A DNA stretch of 64,000 nucleotides, taken from Alphaproteobacteria bacterium. Its GTDB lineage: Bacteria; Pseudomonadota; Alphaproteobacteria; SP197. A program made the translations under genes and the position numbers. A model generated the notes under the pieces. The model did no database searches. It saw only the letters and a list, made by a program, of their open reading frames with translations, and had not been told where the DNA came from. Numbering within the stretch: position 1 is the stretch's first letter; each line of letters opens with the position of its first letter. This document shows, piece by piece, positions 49,905 through 59,568 of the stretch. The stretch spans positions 5,024,001-5,088,000 of the forward strand of contig OZ245842.1 of assembly GCA_965228895.1 (NCBI GenBank), in the 5' to 3' direction.

Positions 49905-51331
49905 TTCACCTGCGGGCGCCATAGATAGGCGTCGCGGTAGCGCTGCGGGTTGATGTCGCGCAGCAGACGAATGATCTGCAGACCCTGTTCGTGGGTCAGG
50001 TTGCCGCCATAGTAGACACCGACCCAGCCGTTGTCCGATGGTTCGGTGACGCCTGCCTGGTTGTCGGTGACGGCACTCGCCTGGGCGGCGCACAAGGGTT
50101 CGCCGGCGAGATCCAGGATGGCATCAAGGCGCGCCTTGTTTTCCGGTTCGCTTGCCGCCCGCTTCATGCGCTCGAGATAGGCGCTTGCCTGGTCTTCCTT
50201 CTGGAACGACGCCAGAAAGACCCGGTAATCCGCGTTCTCGAAACGATTGAGCGCGAGCAGGAAGTCGCCGAGCTGGACCTCGTTCCGGCATGCCATCAGA
50301 CCAAGCATGTAGTCTGCAAGCTGCACGGGATTGAAGTACTGGTCGATCTGCACGTAGTAGGTTGGCTCGACCTCGTCGCGGGGATTGCAGAAGTAAACCG
50401 GCAGGAACTTGTTGACGAAAACCTGGTCAAGTGGCGCCGGTTCCTGGTTGGCCTCGATCATGGCCTTCAGATTGGCCCGCGCCGCGCCCATGTCGTCGAG
50501 CAGGATGTTGTTGATCGCCATCAGCATCAGGATGTCGGAGCGGAAACTTGGCAACCGGTCATCGTCGCTTCCATCGATCCGATCGAAGATCGCCTGATAG
50601 ATCTCGTTCGATTGCACGAGCGCACGCTGCGCCTGATCGCTCACGGGCCAGGCCGGCACGCCCGCACCATCGTCGCTGAAGTAGCCGATCATGGATTTTT
50701 CCTGCAGCGCCCGCGCCTTCAAAAACTCCGCGTAGAGAACGAAGCGGCTCTCGGGATAGCTGTCGATGACCAGGTCGGTAATGGCGATCTTGCCATCGAT
50801 GTAGTCGTCGGTGCGGCCGCGCCCATAGAAGGCGTCGTAGAACAGGCCGCGGCTGTTCATAAGCGCACGGTCGACGATCGCGCGGTTGTGGTCGTCGAGA
50901 CGCTCATCGCCAGTCACCAGGCCGTAGAGATAGGCTTGGTCGCCTGTCAGATCGCTCGACACCCAGCCCGGCGGCAGGTTGGCCAGAACCTGGGCGAAAG
51001 CGATCATGCCCTCGACCGTCGGCGCCTGGCGCATGGCCTCGGTCAGCTTCGCAATTCTCTCGCCGACGCAATCGACGTTCAGTCTTGAGCCGCATGTGCC
51101 CGCGGGCGCTTGCTCCGCTGCGTCCCGCAGTTGCGAGCAGGCGGCGTAAATCTCCGCCATCAGACCGGCAAGATCGGCGGCGTAACTCGCCTTGCCCGTG
51201 GCGATATCGTCGATCAGATCGTCGAGATCGCGGTCGATCTCGTCGAGATCACGTTGCTCGATGGCGGCTGACGCCGGAAGCGCCGCCAGGCACATCGCAA
51301 CGGCAAGGAAGGCGCCGACAACGAACTTCAT
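49901..51331 (-). CDS. Exported hypothetical protein with TPR-like middle and SPOR-like C-terminus
   Basis: Signal MKFVVGAFLAVAMCLAALPASA; YPESRFVLYAEFLKA; YRVFLASF..EDQA...GWVGVYYG...RDAY. Confidence 0.65.
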   Translation of the reverse strand: MKFVVGAFLAVAMCLAALPASAAIEQRDLDEIDRDLDDLIDDIATGKASYAADLAGLMAEIYAACSQLRDAAEQAPAGTCGSRLNVDCVGERIAKLTEAMRQAPTVEGMIAFAQVLANLPPGWVSSDLTGDQAYLYGLVTGDERLDDHNRAIVDRALMNSRGLFYDAFYGRGRTDDYIDGKIAITDLVIDSYPESRFVLYAEFLKARALQEKSMIGYFSDDGAGVPAWPVSDQAQRALVQSNEIYQAIFDRIDGSDDDRLPSFRSDILMLMAINNILLDDMGAARANLKAMIEANQEPAPLDQVFVNKFLPVYFCNPRDEVEPTYYVQIDQYFNPVQLADYMLGLMACRNEVQLGDFLLALNRFENADYRVFLASFQKEDQASAYLERMKRAASEPENKARLDAILDLAGEPLCAAQASAVTDNQAGVTEPSDNGWVGVYYGGNLTHEQGLQIIRLLRDINPQRYRDAYLWRPQVN

Positions 51332-51348
51332 TACTCTCTCCGCACGCC

Positions 51349-52218
51349 TTACTGGAAGGGGTCGCCGCTTTCCTGCGGCATGAACTGTCGGGTGCAACCC
51401 CATTCCATCTGCTGGCGATCCGAAACGATGACCGTCAGATCAGGATGCGCATCGTCGTACTTCACCTCAAGCAATGGTGGGCGCACGTTCGTATCCTGAC
51501 CTTCATGATAGATCACCGCGCCTGAACCGTCGGACAGAATCGGCACCGGCAGCACGTAGGCGCCGGAAACGTTGAACGGCCGGATGATGCCGGAGGGTTC
51601 ATCAAAGTCGTCGCCATGATTGTTTCTGAAATTGATGAAGGTGGGTTCTTCGCTAAAGCCGGTATCGGTAAACTGAAGTTGCGCGCGGATCTGGCTCAGA
51701 TAGACACTTTCCTCGCGGCATAGAAACTTGATGAAGAGCACGCGGCTGTCGCGCTCATCATCGGCCGCGGCCTGTCGCGCACGGAAGTCCGCTTCCAGCT
51801 CTTCGCGGCGAAGCGCGTGGGCCGACTCCAGCTCGGCCATTTCAATTCTGACTTCTTCCTGCACCTTCGCGTCGAAGTTCACCATCTCGTTCAGGTCTTC
51901 GATGGTCATCAGGCCGCCATCGGGACGCAGCACCAGCCATATCAGACCCATGTAGACGGCCGGTGCGCCGCCCAGGGTGATCCATTTCCATTCGATCTTG
52001 CCCGTGCCGCCCAGAATGCCGACAAAGGCGACGGTCAGCGCCGCCATCAAGAAGAGAAACGCAAACAGGCCATTGGGTTTGCTCAAGGTGGCAAACACGA
52101 CAGAGAGAATGATCAGCGTGCCGAAGATCGCCAAAACAAAGGCCAAGAAGAAGACGCCGGAGACTTGGCGGCCGGTTTCGTACGCCGCCGGTTCGGGCGG
52201 TGTTTCATCCGTCGACAT
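51349..52218 (-). CDS. Hypothetical membrane protein: about 3 N-terminal TM helices, coiled coil, soluble C-terminal domain
   Basis: Hydrophobic segments over roughly residues 20-97, E/R/A-rich heptads after them; operonic spacing. Confidence 0.75.
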   Translation of the reverse strand: MSTDETPPEPAAYETGRQVSGVFFLAFVLAIFGTLIILSVVFATLSKPNGLFAFLFLMAALTVAFVGILGGTGKIEWKWITLGGAPAVYMGLIWLVLRPDGGLMTIEDLNEMVNFDAKVQEEVRIEMAELESAHALRREELEADFRARQAAADDERDSRVLFIKFLCREESVYLSQIRAQLQFTDTGFSEEPTFINFRNNHGDDFDEPSGIIRPFNVSGAYVLPVPILSDGSGAVIYHEGQDTNVRPPLLEVKYDDAHPDLTVIVSDRQQMEWGCTRQFMPQESGDPFQ

Positions 52219-52230
52219 GGCAGTCAGACC

Positions 52231-52560
52231 TCACCAACAGTCACAGGAAAGCCAGCACCCCCACTCGCCGCAGCAATAGTCCCAGCGACAGGACTGCGCG
52301 ATGGTGACCTCGCCATCCGCCGTCCACGCGGACTGTCTGCGTTCGTCGTCAGAGTTGGCCGGGCGGATCAAAACGTCAGGAATGGCAACGCCGGCGTAGG
52401 CCAGGGCCGCCGTCCACGGACGATCGGGTATCACGCCGCACAGGCTGTCGCCGGCTACCGGGTGAACCCCGGGCCGGGCCACATCATCGCCGCCAAAGGA
52501 CGGTGTCGTAAACGCCAAGGCGAGAACAACAACAAGAAAAACGGGAACCCGGGCTAGCAT
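52231..52560 (-). CDS. Small secreted precursor-like protein ending in a Cys/Trp-rich peptide
   Basis: Signal MLARVPVFLVVVLALAFTTPSFG; C-terminus IAQ-SCRWDYCCGEWGCWLSCDCW-stop; 12 bp before the next ATG. Confidence 0.65.
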   Translation of the reverse strand: MLARVPVFLVVVLALAFTTPSFGGDDVARPGVHPVAGDSLCGVIPDRPWTAALAYAGVAIPDVLIRPANSDDERRQSAWTADGEVTIAQSCRWDYCCGEWGCWLSCDCW

Positions 52561-52665
52561 GACTTTTCCTATACGGAAACTCAAAGCTCGCTCGACACAA
52601 TGAATTTAGTAAATCTGAAATAGACTGTCAAATCGCTGGCCAGCCACACGAAATTGAAAAGGTAA

Positions 52666-53214
52666 TCACGGGTCGATTCTACTGTCGGTCTGGCGCCAGC
52701 GCAAGACACCGAACGCGACGAACATCAATCCGACCGCCGCCAGGACGGCGGCGAAGATCACGCGGTCATTGCGGATCTGGCGCAGGCTGTCGATCACGGC
52801 CGTCGCTGACGTGATGTCGACATTGCCGGCGGCAAGACCCCAGATAAGGGTGCGGTTGAAGGCACTCGACGCGCCGGGCCACATCTGCACGGTCACATCG
52901 CCCTCGATCGCCAGCTTGACCTCATCATAGGCCGGCAGGTTCGAGCGATAGAGTACGGGGCGGGAGCCCGGCTCTAAAATGGCGCGGAACTCGACAATCG
53001 GGCTGCCGGAAAACAGCGGTATGCCGCCCGATTGGATATCAATCTCGGCGGACTGCGAGGCCGAGCCGGTCACCGGGACCAACTCGGCCTCATCAGGATA
53101 CTCGGCGAACAGTGGCTCGGAGCCCTGCCAGACACCAAGGACCAGCAGGATCGTGCCCGCCACGATGGGCGCGTGGGGTTTCCAGCCCAGACTGCGCGCA
53201 AACCGTCCGATCAT
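52666..53214 (-). CDS. Hypothetical membrane protein (2 TM flanking a soluble loop)
   Basis: Hydrophobic N- and C-terminal helices; 33 bp downstream of the aminotransferase. Confidence 0.7.
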   Translation of the reverse strand: MIGRFARSLGWKPHAPIVAGTILLVLGVWQGSEPLFAEYPDEAELVPVTGSASQSAEIDIQSGGIPLFSGSPIVEFRAILEPGSRPVLYRSNLPAYDEVKLAIEGDVTVQMWPGASSAFNRTLIWGLAAGNVDITSATAVIDSLRQIRNDRVIFAAVLAAVGLMFVAFGVLRWRQTDSRIDP

Positions 53215-53247
53215 CGGCCGGGGCTTTCCGTCTTTACCGTCACCGGA

Positions 53248-54612
53248 TCAGCGGCCGATTTCCTTGGCGACGACATCGAGTGCCGCGCGCAGGGTGGTCG
53301 CAATGTCGTCGGCCTGGTCCTTGGTCAGGATCAATGGCGGCGACAGAACCATGGAATCACCGCAGGCGCGCACCAGCAGACCGTCGCTCCAGGCGGCCTC
53401 GCGCACCTTGGTGCCGATCTCCATGTCGCCGGGGAAACTCTCGCGGGTCGCCTTGTCCTGAACGATCTCGACCGCGGCCATCATACCCATCCCGCGGACT
53501 TCGCCGACCAGCGGATGATCGGCCAGTTCGCGCAGGCGGGCCTGGAAGTAGGGGCCGGTCTCGACGCCAGCGGTTTCGACGATCTTCTCGCGTTCCAGGA
53601 TGTTGATGTTTTCCAGCGCCACGGCCGCGGCAACCGGATGGCCGGAATAGGTGAAACCGTGCTGGAATTCGCCGCCCGCCTCGATCATCACCTCGGCGAT
53701 GCGGTCATGCACCATGACGCCGGAGATCGGCAGGTAACCGGACGACAGCCCCTTGGCCATGGTCATGAAGTCGGGGTCGATGTCCAGGGTTTCGCAGGCA
53801 AACCACTTGCCGGTACGCCCGAACCCGCAGATGACCTCGTCGGCGATCAAGAGGATGTTGTGCTCGCGGCAGATGCGCTGGACTTCCGGCCAATAACTTT
53901 CCGGCGGGACCAGCACGCCACCGGCGCCCATGATCGGCTCGCCGATGAAGGCGCCGACGTTCTCCGCGCCCAGCTCCAGGATCTTGTTCTCGATCGAGCG
54001 CGCGGCCTGCAGCCCGAACTCGTGGGGATCCATGTCGCCGCCATAGCGATACCAGTGCGGGCAATCGACATGGACGAATCCGGGCAGCGGCAGGTCGAAG
54101 GGCGGATGCATCGGCGTCAGACCGCACAGGCTGGCCGCCGCCATGGTGACGCCGTGATAGGCCTTGTCGCGGCTGATGATCGTCTTCTTGCCGGTCTCGC
54201 CTTTGGTGTTCCAGTACCAGCGCACCATCTTGGCGATGGTGTCGTTCGCCTCCGAACCTGAGTTCGCATAGAAAACGTGGTTCAGGCCCTCTGGCGTCAC
54301 CTCGGCGAGCTTTTGCGAGAGCTCCGTCGCCGGTTCCGTCGTCGTCTGGAAGAAGGTGTTGTAGTAGGGCAGCTCCTGCATCTGTTTATAGGCGACCTCG
54401 GCCAGCTCCTTGCGGCCATAGCCGATGTTGACGCACCAAAGGCCCGCCATGCCGTCAAGGATGCGTTCGCCTTCGGAGGTCCACATGTAGCAGCCTTCGG
54501 CGCGCGCAATGATCCGTACGCCCTGGTCGTTGAGCGCCTTTGAGTCGGTGAACGGATGCAGGTGATGTTGGCGGTCCATGTCCTGCAGGACCGCGGTCAG
54601 ATTGGAAGCCAT
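53248..54612 (-). CDS. spuC: Class III PLP aminotransferase, putrescine:pyruvate transaminase SpuC-like
   Basis: HLHPFTD, DGMAGLWC, SGSEAND, DEVICGFGRTG, AKGLSSGY, HGFTYSGHP. Confidence 0.88.
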   Translation of the reverse strand: MASNLTAVLQDMDRQHHLHPFTDSKALNDQGVRIIARAEGCYMWTSEGERILDGMAGLWCVNIGYGRKELAEVAYKQMQELPYYNTFFQTTTEPATELSQKLAEVTPEGLNHVFYANSGSEANDTIAKMVRWYWNTKGETGKKTIISRDKAYHGVTMAAASLCGLTPMHPPFDLPLPGFVHVDCPHWYRYGGDMDPHEFGLQAARSIENKILELGAENVGAFIGEPIMGAGGVLVPPESYWPEVQRICREHNILLIADEVICGFGRTGKWFACETLDIDPDFMTMAKGLSSGYLPISGVMVHDRIAEVMIEAGGEFQHGFTYSGHPVAAAVALENINILEREKIVETAGVETGPYFQARLRELADHPLVGEVRGMGMMAAVEIVQDKATRESFPGDMEIGTKVREAAWSDGLLVRACGDSMVLSPPLILTKDQADDIATTLRAALDVVAKEIGR

Positions 54613-54865
54613 GATAGTGATCTCCACAGAAGGGGTTAAAGGGCGAAGCAGGCCGCGCGCGGCCAAAGCCCCTGTCTAGGGATCAAAGTCGATACGTGCG
54701 CACTGGATCAGAAGATCGTCATGGCGGCAAATACCGGTCCTGTCAGTCTCTTGGACTTTCATGGGCCCAGTGTAATTCAGGTCGCGGCCTTGTGGCGAGA
54801 CCCTTCGATATCGCGGGGACGGCGGGTTACGCGCTACGCTCGGCCGGTTGAACGGGGGGCTGCGC

Positions 54866-55360
54866 GTGAACGAGACATCCATCATCAGACCGTTCGAAAC
54901 AGGCGATCTGGCCAGGCTTCACGAGATCCGCGAAGCCGCCTTCAAACCGGTCTTTGAGTCATTCAGACGTCTGATCGGCGAGACAATTGCCCAAGTTGCG
55001 CTCGTCAACGTGGAACGCGAACAGGCCGACCATCTCAATCAAATCTGTGAGGCCGGCTCGTCCTACGACATCTTCGTGGTCGACGACGGCCAGGGCGTCG
55101 TGGCGTTCTGCGCGGTGAACTATGATCATGGCGCCAGGCTCGGTGAGATAGACCTGAACGCCGTGCATCCCGAACATCAGGGCAAAGGTATCGGCACCTT
55201 GATGTACGGCTTCGCGCTCGATCGTATGCGTGAGGCGGGCATGCGCGCCGCGACCGTTGGAACCGGCGGCGACGTGAGCCACGCACGGGCGCGGCGCGCC
55301 TATGAGAAGGCGGGATTCGGTCCGGCTATTCCCAGTCTCTATTTGTATCGGTCTCTCTAG
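54866..55360 (+). CDS. GNAT acetyltransferase
   Basis: NAVHPEHQGKGIG, ARRAYEKAGF. Confidence 0.9.
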   Translation: MNETSIIRPFETGDLARLHEIREAAFKPVFESFRRLIGETIAQVALVNVEREQADHLNQICEAGSSYDIFVVDDGQGVVAFCAVNYDHGARLGEIDLNAVHPEHQGKGIGTLMYGFALDRMREAGMRAATVGTGGDVSHARARRAYEKAGFGPAIPSLYLYRSL

Positions 55361-56106
55361 CGCCCACCCGAAACGTCGATGAACGTGCCGGTGACGTAGC
55401 TCGACTTGAGGGAGCAGAGCCACAGGATGGCTTCGGCGACTTCGCTCGCCGAACCGCCGCGCCCCATGGGCGTACCGGGCGCCAGTTCGTCGACACGGTT
55501 GGGCCGGCCGCCGGACGCGTGGATGTCGGTGTGGATCAGGCCGGGCCTGACCGCGTTGACGCGGATGTGCTCGCCGGCGACCTCCTTGGCGAGACCGATC
55601 GTCAGCGAATCGATGGCGCCCTTTGTCGCGGCGTAGTCGGTGTATTCGTTGGGCCCGCCCAGCCGCGCGGCCATGGACGAGACGTTGACGATCGACCCGC
55701 CGCCGCCGCCGTAGCGGCTCGACATGCGCCGTACCGCCTCGCCGCAGGCGAGATAGGCGCCGACCAGGTTGACCGCGACCATGCGCTGCAAGCGTTCGGC
55801 GTCTATCTCATCGACCCGCGCCGCCGGGCCGACGATCCCGGCGTTGTTGACGAAGGCGTCGAGCTGACCGAACGCCGCGTCACAGGCGCGGAACAACTGT
55901 TTGATCTCGTCGGGTTTGGCCATGTCGGCCTTGACGGCCAGGGCCTCGCGTCCCTCGCTCTTGACCACCGCGACGACATCCTCGGCGGCCTTCTGATCAT
56001 TCACATAGTTGACCAGGACGTCGTACCCCTCGAGCGCGGCGAGATGGGCGGTCGATGCGCCGATGCCGCGGCTGGCGCCGGTGATCAGCATGACCTTGTT
56101 CACCAC
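55357..56106 (-). CDS. Short-chain dehydrogenase/reductase
   Basis: TGASRGIG, NNAG, YAATK, VNAVRPG. Confidence 0.95.
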   Translation of the reverse strand: MVNKVMLITGASRGIGASTAHLAALEGYDVLVNYVNDQKAAEDVVAVVKSEGREALAVKADMAKPDEIKQLFRACDAAFGQLDAFVNNAGIVGPAARVDEIDAERLQRMVAVNLVGAYLACGEAVRRMSSRYGGGGGSIVNVSSMAARLGGPNEYTDYAATKGAIDSLTIGLAKEVAGEHIRVNAVRPGLIHTDIHASGGRPNRVDELAPGTPMGRGGSASEVAEAILWLCSLKSSYVTGTFIDVSGGR

Positions 56107-56127
56107 CGGCGCTCCTTGTTCCAGGCG

Positions 56128-57120
56128 TTAGTTGATGGGGTCGCGGACCAGCGGACAGGTCGAACAGTGGATGCCGCCGCCGTTGTGGTGGACCTTGTCA
56201 TAGGGGATCTGCACGACCTCGATATCCAGATCGGCCAGCTTATCCATGGTCCGGTTGGAAATGCCATGGGGCATGATGACGCGTCCGGGCTTCACCGCCA
56301 GACAATTGATGATCCAACCGGAATCCTGAGGCGTCACCTCGACGGTCTTGATGCCGAGCTCCTTGAGTTTTTCCAGGAACCAATAGGGCAGTTGCGCCGC
56401 GTCGATGATGGCGACGTCGACGTCGATCATGGTCAGCGCGCCGTCGATATGGATCTGGTAGCCCGCCAGATCGACGCGGATCAAGTCGGCGCCCTGGGCG
56501 TTCAGCACCTCCTCGATCTGACGTGAGCCTTCTTCGTTGACGCAGATCGAACGGCCGATGACGGCGGTCTCGGGATTGAGCCAGGCAAAGCTGCCGCCTT
56601 CGGCCATGGCGTTGCCGTTCAACGTGCGCAGGATCGGCATGCCCAGATTGGCGAGCGTCTTGGTGACGTGGGCTTCCTCGCCGCGCCGGATCGTGCGCGC
56701 CAGGCGCGTCACGATGGCGCCGCCTTTGACGGCGAACGAGGAGTCGCGGGTATAGATCGACTTGATGCCGTCCGGTTCGATCGAGTCGAGGAACACGACC
56801 TCGACGCCCTCGTCGCGCAGCGCCTGCACCAGCCCGTCATGTTGGGCGCGAAACTCCTCCATCGGCGGAATCGTGTCGCTCTGCCAATACCAGCCCTCAT
56901 TGAGATCGCCATAGGAGCCGATCTCTTCGATGCGTTTGTTGGCGTCGATGATCATCATCTCGTCGCCGGGACGATGCATCAGGACAACGCGCAGCTGGCC
57001 GACATCGTTGTCGCAGCCCCATTCGCGGCCCCACACACCGGTCTGCTGCTCGGGGCTTTCGAACACGGGCTCGGGATGGGAACCGAAGTACTTGATGGTC
57101 TGGCTGTAGATGTCGCTCAT
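56128..57120 (-). CDS. Amidinotransferase/DDAH/arginine-deiminase (pentein) family enzyme
   Basis: YTRD, RRGEE, EGG, HID, GGGIHCST; ATG 57120 after AGGAGG RBS. Confidence 0.9.
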   Translation of the reverse strand: MSDIYSQTIKYFGSHPEPVFESPEQQTGVWGREWGCDNDVGQLRVVLMHRPGDEMMIIDANKRIEEIGSYGDLNEGWYWQSDTIPPMEEFRAQHDGLVQALRDEGVEVVFLDSIEPDGIKSIYTRDSSFAVKGGAIVTRLARTIRRGEEAHVTKTLANLGMPILRTLNGNAMAEGGSFAWLNPETAVIGRSICVNEEGSRQIEEVLNAQGADLIRVDLAGYQIHIDGALTMIDVDVAIIDAAQLPYWFLEKLKELGIKTVEVTPQDSGWIINCLAVKPGRVIMPHGISNRTMDKLADLDIEVVQIPYDKVHHNGGGIHCSTCPLVRDPIN

Positions 57121-58076
57121 GTCTGTCCTCCTGCTAACAGGCTGGGGGTTTTCGAATGGGTGTCGCTGTCGTCGAGCGCCGTCACGGCATCGGCGGTCGC
57201 CGCGATGGCCTCGGTTATCCACGCCGTGAAGGCAACGATCGGTTCGCGTTCTATCAGGTCGGGATGGACGGCCATGAAGTAGGTCTCGTCGGTTTCCAGC
57301 ACCGGCCCGAAGGGTGCCACGAGACGGCCGGCGCTCAGGCCATCGGCCGCCAAAGTCAGACCGCCCAGCGCCAAACCTTGACCAAGTTCCGCGGCGGTCA
57401 GCGCCAGGCCGGAATCGCTGAAGTTGGCACCGTTCTCGACGCCGGGGTGATCGACGCCAACAGTGGCGCACCATTCGGTCCAGCCGAGCCGTCGCTCGTC
57501 GTGGATCAAGGGTGCGCGCGCCACATGGGAGGGGTCGGTGAGGTCATGTTGCACCGCAACATCGGGCGAGCATACCGGGCTGACGAATTCGTCGATCAAA
57601 GGACGGGCGTGAGCCGGCCGGTCGTGTCTGTTGGCATAGCTGATGGCCAGATCGACCTCGTCGACCTCCAGATCGATGGCCAGTGTCGTCGTGTAGAGCC
57701 AGACGTCATAGTCGGGGTGGGCGGCGCGAAACGCCGGCAAACGCCGCAACAGCCAGCACGAGGCGAAGTCGTGCGGTACGGCGATGATCAGGGATCCCGG
57801 CTTGCTGTAGGCTCTCAGCCGGGCGACGCCCTGCTCCAATCGATTTAACACATCACGTGTTATACGAAGAAAATCGACGCCCGCATCGGTCAAATGGATC
57901 GCGCGGTTGGCCCGCACGAAAAGAGGCTGGCCGAGTGCCTCTTCGAGCGAGCTGATCTGATGGCTGATCGCCGATTGGGTCAGGTTCAACTCGCGCGCCG
58001 CCTGGGTAAAGCTGCCCAAACGTCCGGCAGCCTCGAAACCCCTGAGGGCACTGAGCGGAAGATTACTCGAAATCAT
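57117..58076 (-). CDS. LysR family regulator (GcvA-like)
   Basis: LPLSALRGFEAAGRLGSFTQAARELNLTQSAISHQI. Confidence 0.95.
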   Translation of the reverse strand: MISSNLPLSALRGFEAAGRLGSFTQAARELNLTQSAISHQISSLEEALGQPLFVRANRAIHLTDAGVDFLRITRDVLNRLEQGVARLRAYSKPGSLIIAVPHDFASCWLLRRLPAFRAAHPDYDVWLYTTTLAIDLEVDEVDLAISYANRHDRPAHARPLIDEFVSPVCSPDVAVQHDLTDPSHVARAPLIHDERRLGWTEWCATVGVDHPGVENGANFSDSGLALTAAELGQGLALGGLTLAADGLSAGRLVAPFGPVLETDETYFMAVHPDLIEREPIVAFTAWITEAIAATADAVTALDDSDTHSKTPSLLAGGQT

Positions 58077-58370
58077 GTTTCATCAAGATCATTCATGTAA
58101 GTGAAGGAAATCACGCATGCATGCTAACAAGATGCGATAAATTCAATGATGTCCTCCGATATTCTCGCTTAACATGAAGCAAAATAATCTATCAAGCTAA
58201 TTCGCGAGAGTCTGCGGCATAGGCCCGATTGAGACTGCCTTGGTCCAACACCCGTCACCGGCCCAGGGAACGGATACGTCCGGCCATGCCTTGGATTAAT
58301 ATAATAAGTAACTACTTTCTTTATTGCTTGGAATCATGCGACGGTGGCCGTGGTTTCCGAGGAGTTCCCG

Positions 58371-59552
58371 ATGACCGTCTCTACCACGCCGCTTCTGGAT
58401 TCCGCCGGCCGGCGGCGCAGCCTCGCCGCTGCGATCTCGGCGATGTTCATTGTTAACTTGGTGTTTTTCCTGTCGCCGCCCCTGATGGCGGTCGTGCTGC
58501 AGCGCCACGGTGCCGATCCCGCCGCGATCGGCCTTAACGCCGCCGCCATGGCCGCCGGTATCTTCGCGATTGGTCCGCTGGCGCCGCGCTGGCTGGCCCG
58601 CTTCGGTCCGGCTCGGTTGATGCGCTGGTCGCTTGCCGTTTCGGTGGTGATTTTCCTGCTGATGCCGATTGAACCCAACGCGCTGATCTGGCTGCCGCTA
58701 CGCACGGTGCTCGGTGCGGCGGCAAGCATCTGTTGGATTGCCAGCGAGGCGTGGATCAACGCCCTTGCCGAGGAGACGCGGCGCGGCCGCCTCATGAGCA
58801 TCTACAGCATGGCCGGCTATTGCGGTCAGGCATTGGGTCCGGCGACGCTCGTCGTTGTCGGCAGCGAGGGTTTCTTGCCGTTCGGCGTGGCCGCCCTGCT
58901 GACCGCCGTGGGCTGCATCCTGGTCGGCGCGGGCGGCAACGTTCGGCCCGATCTCGGTCAGCCCGGCAAGACACCGCTCGTGCGCTGCCTGATCGCCGCA
59001 CCGCTTCCCATGCTCGCGGTGTTCGCGCAGGCAGGTGCCTTTCAGGCCTATTTCAGCTTCTTCCCGGCATTCGGCGAAAGCCGCGCCTTGCCGCTGGAGA
59101 CGGCGTTCACCCTGCTGACGGCGACCAGTATCGGTGGTCTGCTGCTCAACTACCCCATGGGCTGGCTGGCCGACCGGGTGAACCGAACGGCCCTTGCGGT
59201 CACCTGGCTGACACTTTCGGCGGGCGGCATTCTGCTGCTGCCGCTTGTCGTGCCGGCCGGTCTCGGCGCGTTGCCGTTCTTTATTGTCCTGGGCGGCATC
59301 ATGTCGGGGACCTACAGTCTCGCCATCGTCCTGGTCGGCGCACGGTTCCGCGCCGCCGAGTTGGCCGCTGCCTCGACCGTCTTCACCATGATGTATAACG
59401 CCGGCGCGCTGGCCGGACCCGCTGCCGCCGGGCTGGCCATCGATTTCGTCGGTCCGATCGGTCTGATCGCGGTGATGAGCGGGCTTCTTGGACTTTGTGT
59501 CCCCGTGGGCCTTTTGCTCCTGATGCGCCGGTCTCGCCAGGACAAATGCTAA
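58371..59552 (+). CDS. MFS transporter (YcaD-like)
   Basis: About 12 TM segments, EAWIN..A...RRGR, GWLADRVNR; GAGGAG RBS. Confidence 0.92.
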   Translation: MTVSTTPLLDSAGRRRSLAAAISAMFIVNLVFFLSPPLMAVVLQRHGADPAAIGLNAAAMAAGIFAIGPLAPRWLARFGPARLMRWSLAVSVVIFLLMPIEPNALIWLPLRTVLGAAASICWIASEAWINALAEETRRGRLMSIYSMAGYCGQALGPATLVVVGSEGFLPFGVAALLTAVGCILVGAGGNVRPDLGQPGKTPLVRCLIAAPLPMLAVFAQAGAFQAYFSFFPAFGESRALPLETAFTLLTATSIGGLLLNYPMGWLADRVNRTALAVTWLTLSAGGILLLPLVVPAGLGALPFFIVLGGIMSGTYSLAIVLVGARFRAAELAAASTVFTMMYNAGALAGPAAAGLAIDFVGPIGLIAVMSGLLGLCVPVGLLLLMRRSRQDKC

Positions 59553-59568
59553 GCGCGGCGGAATTCGC

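Noticed and set aside
52231-52560. Calling the Cys/Trp peptide locus a RiPP biosynthetic cluster
   Set aside because: No modifying enzyme, peptidase or ABC exporter is adjacent, and the precursor has a Sec-type signal.
58101-58114. GTGA-N6-TCAC CRP-like dyad between lysR and the MFS gene
   Set aside because: Outer consensus bases are missing; more plausibly part of the LysR autoregulatory region or chance.
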